Source of the DNA: Patescibacteria group bacterium
GTDB lineage: Bacteria > Patescibacteriota > Patescibacteriia > Veblenbacterales > UBA10138
NCBI GenBank assembly: GCA_041645215.1
Contig: JBAZQK010000001.1
Coordinates: 1 to 52,090, forward strand
Length of the DNA: 52,090 bases
Direction: 5' to 3'
Position 1 is the stretch's first letter, and each line of letters starts with the position of its first letter. The position numbers were made by a program, and so were the translations under genes. The notes beneath the pieces are model-generated. The model had not been told where the DNA came from, made no database searches, and saw only the letters and a list, made by a program, of their open reading frames with translations. Below are positions 1 to 7,441 of the stretch, piece by piece.

Positions 1-195
1 GATCAGCCTGTTATCCCCGGAGTAACTTTTATCCGTTGAGCTTCGACCATCCTATATTGGATCGTCGGATCACTAACTTCTGCTTTCGCAACTGCTCGGG
101 TTGTCGCCCTTGCAGTAAAGCTGGCTTATGGGTTTGCCCTACCACTCCCGTTTCCATCGGGAGCTAGCCAACCTTTGTAAACGCCTCCGTTACAT

Positions 196-226
<31 letters not shown>

Positions 227-483
227 TGCCAGATACTGTCCCTTAGCCGGATAACGGCTTAAGGTTAGAATACTAAAAACATCAGGGTGGTATCTCACTT
301 GCTGGCTCTGTCCTAACCGGAGTCAGAACTTCAAAGCCTCCCACCTATACTGAGCAAACGGGCTTAATATTCAATACCAAGCTGTAGTAAAGCTTCACGG
401 GGTCTTTTCGTCTAGCCGTGGGTAACCCGCATCTTCACGGGTCTTGCAATTTCACCGAGTCCCTCGTTGAGACAGTCGTCAAC

Positions 484-534
<51 letters not shown>

Positions 535-609
535 GAAATATTACTAACTCTATCAAGTTAGCGGCGATCTTGTCGCCCTGCATGTCGCCATGCAGTCTGA
601 ACTCTATCT

Positions 610-1176
610 TCACTCCCGCCGAAACGGAGTGGTTGGCGTTTGGTTTCTGAGGATTCTAATTAAATTATTTTTAGATTTTTTATGATTCATTTGCTCCGAT
701 AATTTAAGTATCTTAATTAATCCTTTTCTCTCTAAATGCTTATTTTGACTCATCATTCTTACACACTGAGCAAATAACCTAAAATCATTATTCTTACTGG
801 TTTGTAAGTGGTGTTTCTCAAAGAAAGGGATAATCACACGCAGAAGATCTGCTCTTTTTCTAACAGCATACCGGTATAAATGTTCTTTATGATTATCATG
901 CCTTTGATTTAGGTATAAATTACCAACTCCAAAAAAGTTTCTAACTTTTTTCAAAGAGGATAAACTCTTCATACCTTGCGTGACGGCAAATTCATGCCAT
1001 GCTTGCACACCCATTCTATAGCCACGTCTTATTCGTAAAGACTCTTCTCGATCTGGTTGTTTTATAAAACCAATCGAGAAACAGCCCTCACCATCTACAA
1101 ATCCAACTATCCAACCTAATTTAATTAGTCTTTCCTGCTGATTGTCTGCACTAGTAGCATTATTACTTGTCGACAT
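610..1176 (-). CDS. Single-motif LAGLIDADG homing endonuclease (intron-encoded)
   Basis: Motif WIVGFVDGEGCF, 188 aa, inside the intron; its N- and C-terminal codons overlap the ribozyme Q and R elements. Confidence 0.95.
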   Translation of the reverse strand: MSTSNNATSADNQQERLIKLGWIVGFVDGEGCFSIGFIKQPDREESLRIRRGYRMGVQAWHEFAVTQGMKSLSSLKKVRNFFGVGNLYLNQRHDNHKEHLYRYAVRKRADLLRVIIPFFEKHHLQTSKNNDFRLFAQCVRMMSQNKHLERKGLIKILKLSEQMNHKKSKNNLIRILRNQTPTTPFRRE

Positions 1177-1182
1177 AATTTA

Positions 1183-1191
1183 ATTATATCA
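1183..1191 (-). promoter_or_regulatory. Extended -10 (TGnTATAAT) 6 nt before the homing endonuclease ATG; likely leaderless internal promoter
   Basis: Minus strand reads TTGATATAAT-TAAATT-ATG. Confidence 0.5.
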
Positions 1192-1410
1192 ACCTGTAGC
1201 TCTAGATTCAACAGAGTTTCCAGCATATAGCCAACTATTTTAAGACCATAGCACTATTGCGCTATGAGGCAGCTATTCCTATTTACTGCTAACCATTTAC
1301 CTGTTTATAACCGTCCCAGTCCTTCTGAAATCCTATAATACACCAGAATTCCAGAACCTTAGGACGGTTATAGTTACCGCCGGCGTTCATCAGCGCTTCA
1401 GTTCAAGGCT

Positions 1411-1527
1411 ACGCGCGCACAGCGCGCAACAAACAACAACTAACTAGCAACTAACAACACGGCTGGTTGTAAGTTGCTAGCTATAAGCGGCGTAAGCCGC
1501 GTGTTGCTAGCTGCGTGCTGCGCACGC
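1411..1527 (-). repeat. 23S hairpin expansion at the tip of helix 68 (~1870)
   Basis: About 115 nt with no counterpart in the canonical alignment; imperfect inverted ends; AAC/GTT-rich tandem interior. Confidence 0.8.
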
Positions 1528-1642
1528 TCACCTCTTGCCTTAACGTTCTGACACTGGCCAGGCATCAGCCCCTATACATCGCCTTACGGCTTAGCAGGGA
1601 CCTGTGTTTTTGGTAAACAGTCGGTTGACGTCTTTTACTGCG

Positions 1643-1788
1643 CCCCCCACTAATTTTGTCCCAATCCTATGAACGGCGCTGTGCCCTAAATGGGGCAGGG
1701 CTACTCGCCCTTACGCCGCGAATATCTAACGAACTAAGGATCGTTATCAACCATTAATTCGTTGATTAGTTACAAAATTAGTGGGGGG
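1643..1788 (-). repeat. 23S expansion of helix 63 (~1730)
   Basis: Perfect 17-bp stem CCCCCCACTAATTTTGT/ACAAAATTAGTGGGGGG enclosing 112 nt. Confidence 0.8.
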
Positions 1789-2317
1789 AGGCCTTATCCC
1801 GAAGTTACGGCCGTTGTATTGCCGAGTTCCTAAACGAGGGTTCTCTCGTTCACCTGAGGCTACTCGCCTCACCCACCTGTGTCGGTTTGCGGTACGGATG
1901 CCAATAAGTTGGCCCTAGAGGTTTTTCTAGGCTCTGATGCTAGTTTTATCGAGTCGGTGTTGCCACTTTCTCTGCGCCCGCTCGGTCTGCTTATGTCTGA
2001 CGGATTTACCATTCAAACACAGCCCTCGCCGGCACGCCCATAACCAAATGGCGCAAAACCTTAATCAAAGCGTCTCCCCATTGGAACTTAATGGCAGGGC
2101 AGGAATATTAACCTGCTGCTCCATCGTCTACGCCTTTCGGCCTCGACTTAGGTCCGCCTCACCCTGGGACGATTTGCGTTGCCCAGGAAACCTTGGGTTT
2201 ACGGTGGACTAGGTTTTCACTAGTCTTTTTGCTACTTATACCAACATTCTCACTCCTCTGTACTCCAGAGCGGGTCACCCCTACTCCTTCAGCGCAACAG
2301 AGGACGCTCCTCTACCA

Positions 2318-2421
2318 CCCCGCACTAATTCTAATCTCAACTATTTAAAATTTTACCAACATTCCCCTATAAAACTTACGGCTTATTGTAAAATTGTGTT
2401 GAGAACAAAATTAGTGCGGGG
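2318..2421 (-). repeat. 23S insertion at helix 45 (~1175), a classical IVS site
   Basis: Perfect 13-bp stem CCCCGCACTAATT/AATTAGTGCGGGG. Confidence 0.8.
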
Positions 2422-2504
2422 TCCACAAATTCGGTATTCAGCTTGAGCCCCGATACATTTTCGGTACCAAGTCGCTGGACCAGTGAGCTGTTACGCTATC
2501 TTTA

Positions 2505-2535
<31 letters not shown>

Positions 2536-2931
2536 TTGTTTGAGCGACGAGACCGCCTTTTACACTTAGCTGAAATTTAGGGACCTTATTTGGTGATCAT
2601 GGGCTGTTTCCCTTTTGACCAGTGAAGCTTAGCCCTCACGGTCTGACTCCATTCCTTTTACTATCTGACATTCGGAGTTTGGTTGGATTGTCTAGGCTTA
2701 CGCCATGACAACCCATTCAGTGCTCTACCATCAGATAGAAACAGAACAGGCTAGCCCTAAAGCTATTTCGAGGAGAACCAGCTATTTCCGAGTTCGATTG
2801 GAATTTCTCCCCTAACCACAGCTCATCCCCGCGTTTTGCACAGCGCGTGGGTTCGGTCCTCCACGTGGTTTTACCCACGCTTCAACCTGGCCATGGTTAG
2901 CTCACCCGGTTTCGGGTCTAGTGATAGCAGC

Positions 2932-3090
2932 GTTTGAGTAAGAAAAGCATTGCGCGCACAGCGCGCAACTTACAACACGCGACTACACCGCTTCTAACAC
3001 ACAACACTCAACTTATAACTTGTGTTGCTAGTTGTTGGTTGGTCGTTGTCTGTTGTCTGCTGCGTGCTGTACACGCCTCACTTTTCAAAC
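2932..3090 (-). repeat. 23S hairpin expansion near position ~650
   Basis: About 160 extra nt between GGGTCTAGTGATAGCAGC and GGCGGTTAAGCCTCG; stem GTTTGA..GAAAAG/CTTTTCAAAC. Confidence 0.8.
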
Positions 3091-3200
3091 TCAGTTCGGC
3101 GGTTAAGCCTCGCTTTCACTTTGACTTCGTCCCTTAGGACTTAATCCGCTACTACCAGCTAACTCGTTGGTTCATTCTTCAATAGGCACGCCATCACGCA

Positions 3201-3313
3201 CCACTCTAACGTTAGTTCGCCTATAACCCGGTCACTACACCAGCCGCCAAAGATTGTGTCTTTAGTTTCAACTGATTCGTCCGCGGCCATAAGCAAAACC
3301 GACGTTAGAGTGG
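3201..3313 (-). repeat. 23S insertion at helix 25 (~545), a classical IVS site
   Basis: Perfect 12-bp stem CCACTCTAACGT/ACGTTAGAGTGG. Confidence 0.8.
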
Positions 3314-3371
3314 TCAGCGCTCTGACTCCTTGTAAGCAAATGGTTTCAGATACTATTTCATCCCCCTCACC

Positions 3372-3418
<47 letters not shown>

Positions 3419-3640
3419 TGGAATGTATTTAGCCTTAACGCATAGTCGCGCCAGATTCCCACAGGATTTCACGAGTCCCGTGGTACTCAAGAATAATAAT
3501 ATAAAAGTCCAGAATTCCTTTCGCTTACAGGGCTGTCACCTTCTTTGGCTGACCATTCCAGGTCATTCGACTAGGAAAATCCTGATTTATAAACTTCCCT
3601 TAAGGACCACTCATCCTTAAGACATTACCATCTTTCAACC

Positions 3641-3729
3641 CTGCACTCAGCATTGGCTGAATGGGCCTTAAAACTATACGCCGCACCTATCAAAAGACAT
3701 GTACAGAATATAATTTAAGCTAAGTACAG
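3641..3729 (-). other. 23S expansion in domain I (~275)
   Basis: Stem CTGCACT/AGTACAG enclosing ~75 nt in a normally short variable helix. Confidence 0.55.
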
Positions 3730-3771
3730 TTTGGGCTGTTCCCGGTTCGCTCGCCACTACTACGGGAATTT

Positions 3772-3829
3772 TTGGTTTAATAACTACCATCCACCAAAGC
3801 TTTAGCGTGTCTGGTAGTAACTAAACCAA
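3772..3829 (-). other. 23S hairpin expansion near position ~220
   Basis: Stems TTGGTTTA/TAAACCAA and ACTACC/GGTAGT between GGGAATT and CGGTGTTTTCTTTTCC. Confidence 0.65.
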
Positions 3830-4143
3830 TTCGGTGTTTTCTTTTCCTCTGGGTACTTAGATGTTTCAGTTCCCCAGGTTACCTTCATAACCCTATGTAT
3901 TCAGATTATGATGTTACGATCTTCCATCGTAACGGGTTGCCCCATTCGGACATCTCCGGATCAAAGGTTGCTTGCCACCTCCCCGAAGCTTTTCGCAGGC
4001 TGCTACGTCCTTCATCGTCATTCCATGCCAAGGCATCCACCATTTGCACTTGTTGCGATTTAACCACAAGAATGAATACTTAATATTCATCTTTTACTAA
4101 TAATTGTTCGTATAACTTTGCTTGATTTATATTTACCTATTCA

Positions 4144-4156
4144 ATTATTAAAGAGC
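4144..4156 (-). promoter_or_regulatory. boxA-like antitermination element in the rRNA leader
   Basis: Minus strand GCTCTTTAATAAT versus consensus TGCTCTTTAACA. Confidence 0.55.
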
Positions 4157-4324
4157 TTTCCAAACGTATGACTTAAGCAACAAAAAATCGCTTGTTTCCA
4201 AGCGACATTCCTAGAGACTTTAAAAGCACACAAAACATATACCCTAGGTGGGCCGCTTGTAGAAAATTAAGGATAGTCTGTTGCTCATAGTTTTTGGACT
4301 GTACTACTAAAATACAGCTTTTAT

Positions 4325-4354
4325 AGTATACGGGATATTAAGCTACCGTGTCAA
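4325..4354 (-). promoter_or_regulatory. Sigma70-type promoter of the 23S gene
   Basis: TTGACA-18 nt-TATACT on the minus strand, ~260 nt upstream of the mature 5' end. Confidence 0.8.
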
Positions 4355-4392
4355 GAGGTTTAAAGTGTGAATAGTTAAAATATTAAAAAATC

Positions 4393-4426
4393 AACGGTTT
4401 TTGGCTAATATTAGCCAAAAACCGTT
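4393..4426. terminator. Perfect 34-bp palindrome between pepA and the rRNA promoter; probable terminator
   Basis: AACGGTTTTTGGCTAAT/ATTAGCCAAAAACCGTT. Confidence 0.5.
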
Positions 4427-4566
4427 AAATTGCTAAAAACCTAACCCCAACATCACTAATTTCCTAACTTTCTACTAATAACAGATCTAATAATCTTCAT
4501 AATACCAGGTAACCCAGCTGATCAAGAACGATATGAAAATGTCTTTTCTTCATTAGATAATAATCG

Positions 4567-6054
4567 TTAAACTGGATTTGTCCGCACTAATTCTACCAGG
4601 AAGCGCACGCCCACGCCACTGGCGCCCTTAGCCAAATACTGCCCATCTATAGTTTTCATCGGGCCGGCAATATCCAGGTGCGCCCATTTATATTTCTTGG
4701 CAAACTGCCACAAAAACATCGCGGCCGTAATAGCTCCGGCATAGCCTGATTTGCCAATATTTTGCACGTCGCCAAAAGTTCCTTTTATTTCTTCTTCATA
4801 TTCCTCCCACATCGGTAGCGGCCACACATAATCGCCTGAAATATCTCCTACTTTATGCAATTTGTCTTGCAACTCCTTATCTGGAGTCAATAAGCCAGCA
4901 ATCTGTAAGCCTAGCGCCACCGGACAAGCACCGGTAAGCGTGGCCACATCAACTACCAATTTGGGCTTAAACCGTTCAGCATAAGTCAGCGCGTCAGCCA
5001 AAATAATCCGGCCTTCAGCATCCGTATTTAGTACTTCAATGGTTTTGCCGGAAAGGCTTTTTAATAAATCACCCGGACGATAGCCGGCGCTCCCGGGCAT
5101 ATTTTCTACGGCCGGCACTAAACCCACCACATTAACGAGTAATTTAAGCTGGCTAATTGCGCCTAAGGCCGCCATCACTGCCGCGCCGCCGGACATATCT
5201 AAATGCATATCGCTCATACCCTTTTCGGGTTTAAGGTTCAAACCGCCGGTATCAAAAGTTACGCCCTTGCCTACAAGCACATAAGGCGCTTCATTTTTTT
5301 GACCGCCGTAATATTCCATAACAATAAACTTAGGGTCTTCAGCAGAACCGTTGGCCACCCCCAGAATCGCTCCCATTTTAGCTTTTTTAATTTCTGACAA
5401 CCCCAGCACCTTAACTTTAAAACCAAACTTCTTGCCAAATTCAACCGCCTTATTGGCTAATAGTTGCGGGGTCATTTCCCCACCGGGAATATTACCCAAA
5501 TCACGCGCTAAATTTATTTGCTCGCCAATTATTTGCCCGAGTCTAACTCCGGCAGATACGGGTTCAATTTTCTCTTTCTCGACCGCCAGCACCAATTCCT
5601 TCACAAAAAAACCATTATCGGGCTTTTGTTTATAATGTAAAAATTCGTAATCAGCCATCAGCGCGTTTTCCGCTATCAACTGTCCCAAACGCTCACTACT
5701 TAAGTCCAGCACAGCCAAGGCTTCCATCGGGACTGTTAATTGTTTAATTTTTTCAGCTTTAGCTACAGCCACCATATGCCGCGCCGCCAACACAGCCTTG
5801 CGTAAATTCCACTTTGACTTATTCCCTAGTCCTAACAGCATTAACTTGCCCTTACCGGCGCGCAGTAAAACTTTAACTTCTCCCTCTTTGCCGCTAAATT
5901 CGTGCTGCTTAAAAAGTCTGGCCACTTGTTTCTTCTCGCTTTGTTTAAGCCATTTCCAAAATAACTGGCTGATTGGTTTGTCTTTAGTAAAGTAAGTCAA
6001 CACTAAACTTTCAGCCTTAACTTTTGCTTTAATATCTCTAACTATAAATTTCAT
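4567..6054 (-). CDS. pepA: Leucyl aminopeptidase (M17)
   Basis: Motifs GKGVTFDTGG, DMSGGAAV, NTDAEGR. Confidence 0.97.
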   Translation of the reverse strand: MKFIVRDIKAKVKAESLVLTYFTKDKPISQLFWKWLKQSEKKQVARLFKQHEFSGKEGEVKVLLRAGKGKLMLLGLGNKSKWNLRKAVLAARHMVAVAKAEKIKQLTVPMEALAVLDLSSERLGQLIAENALMADYEFLHYKQKPDNGFFVKELVLAVEKEKIEPVSAGVRLGQIIGEQINLARDLGNIPGGEMTPQLLANKAVEFGKKFGFKVKVLGLSEIKKAKMGAILGVANGSAEDPKFIVMEYYGGQKNEAPYVLVGKGVTFDTGGLNLKPEKGMSDMHLDMSGGAAVMAALGAISQLKLLVNVVGLVPAVENMPGSAGYRPGDLLKSLSGKTIEVLNTDAEGRIILADALTYAERFKPKLVVDVATLTGACPVALGLQIAGLLTPDKELQDKLHKVGDISGDYVWPLPMWEEYEEEIKGTFGDVQNIGKSGYAGAITAAMFLWQFAKKYKWAHLDIAGPMKTIDGQYLAKGASGVGVRFLVELVRTNPV

Positions 6055-6197
6055 ATATACCCATTAACCTAATTAATAAAAAATGGCAGGCTATACATAA
6101 TATAAATTAAATAACATTATTTAGCAATAAAATAGGTTGAGTCTTAAAACTCAACCTGGTTTAATTTTTCGATATCTCGGCGGCAATTTCCAGAGCA

Positions 6198-6422
6198 TTA
6201 TTCAATATATTTAAACCGCGGGACTTTTTGGCCATCAACTTCTACATCTTCCAAAAACATTTTTACTGGCCTTACCCAATAATTACCCTTATTAGCATAC
6301 TTACCAGTGATATGCTTATAAACCACAAACTCCTCCATGGTTTCACTATGCCGCGCTAAACCAATAACTTCCATAATGTCGCCCTTGAAATGTTGATATT
6401 TACCTAATTTTATGTCCGTCAT
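6198..6422 (-). CDS. DUF1653 family protein
   Basis: GKYQHFKG..EVIGLARHSET.EEFVVY..WVRP..MF..V..VPRF signature; start moved to MTDIK. Confidence 0.85.
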   Translation of the reverse strand: MTDIKLGKYQHFKGDIMEVIGLARHSETMEEFVVYKHITGKYANKGNYWVRPVKMFLEDVEVDGQKVPRFKYIE

Positions 6423-6545
6423 AAATGTAAAGTCAATAAACCGATTACCATTGCCACTAATTATAGTTGACAATACATGAAATCTCAATTAGAGTGACTA
6501 AAATCCAAATCAAAAAAATACAAACACTAAAAAGAGGAAAAACAA

Positions 6546-6905
6546 ATGAAAACAATACTAGTAATTTATGAAGACAGTCTAACCAGTAAGGTAATTGAAA
6601 GAACCTTACAAAAAAACAATTATGAAATCGAGAAAGTGCAAATGTCTGACTTAAGTCTCGACCAACATTCTAATCCAGATCTCATAATAATCGAGTTACC
6701 AAAAATAATCGACATGGGGATAAAACTGGTAAAGATGATAAAAGAGACCAAATCTTCAATTAAAATACTAATAACTTCAGCTCACAACCAGTCTGACATA
6801 GACAAGGCAAAACAGGAACTAGGCCTAAATATAGAAATCATCCAGGCTCCTTGGTCAAAAAATGACTTTCTGTCGCTAGTCAAAAAAATGATTAAAAAAA
6901 AATAA
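6546..6905 (+). CDS. Stand-alone atypical receiver (CheY-like) domain protein
   Basis: Pattern ILVIYED...PDLIIIE...ILITSA...APW; the phosphoacceptor Asp is Glu and the conserved Lys is Ala. Confidence 0.65.
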   Translation: MKTILVIYEDSLTSKVIERTLQKNNYEIEKVQMSDLSLDQHSNPDLIIIELPKIIDMGIKLVKMIKETKSSIKILITSAHNQSDIDKAKQELGLNIEIIQAPWSKNDFLSLVKKMIKKK

Positions 6906-6968
6906 TAAGTAAATTAAAGATTTCTCAAAACCCCGCTTCTTTTACAAAGACGGGGTTAATTTTATATT

Positions 6969-7237
6969 TGGTGCCGGGGAGAGGACTCAAACCCAGAAGT
7001 AGCCCCGCTAAGCAGGACACTACTGGGCAAGCCTCCGCGTGATTACTTGACCCCGTACAAGTGGTGGGCGAGGTGGGACTCGAACCCACAATCCTTACGG
7101 AATACGGTCCTAAGCCGTACGCGTATACCAATTCCGCCACTCGCCCACCATCTATACGGGGCTGTTTATACCAACCCCGAACCATGTTGGGTTCGGGGTC
7201 CGGCACCCGATGTGGTACCGGGTTTCACCACTCCGGC
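6969..7237 (-). pseudogene. Split, degenerate tRNA-Leu remnant enclosing the intact tRNA-Leu(UAG)
   Basis: 5' piece GCCGGAGTGGTGAAA (7223-7237), then TTGGTATAAAC (7164-7174); 3' piece GGGTTTGAGTCCTCTCCCCGGCACCA (6969-6994). Confidence 0.65.
7062..7146 (-). tRNA. tRNA-Leu(UAG)
   Basis: GGGCGAG/CTCGCCC acceptor, TACGG-CT-TAG-GA-CCGTA anticodon arm, long variable arm, GGTTCGAGTCC, encoded CCA. Confidence 0.97.
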
Positions 7238-7361
7238 AAAATTACTACGGGGTAAATATACCAACTTGCCCCGTACTTCCGCCTGGGGCGGATAGTGCGG
7301 GGTTCCCTGCCCCGCTGAGCGGTGCTCCACCCATATTAATAATAACCTATTTATCTCCTAT

Positions 7362-7390
7362 TTAGTACCGCAAAAAATGCCAGTTGTCAA
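7362..7390 (-). promoter_or_regulatory. Promoter for the tRNA-Leu locus
   Basis: TTGACA-17 nt-TACTAA on the minus strand. Confidence 0.6.
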
Positions 7391-7441
7391 TTTAGACCGA
7401 CTTATAGTAAAATAAATGTATTCATAATTAAACGTAAACCT

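Noticed and set aside
6925-7295. ORFs of 93, 82 and 64 aa over the tRNA-Leu locus
   Set aside because: They overlap the tRNA and GC-rich palindromes, which suppress stop codons.
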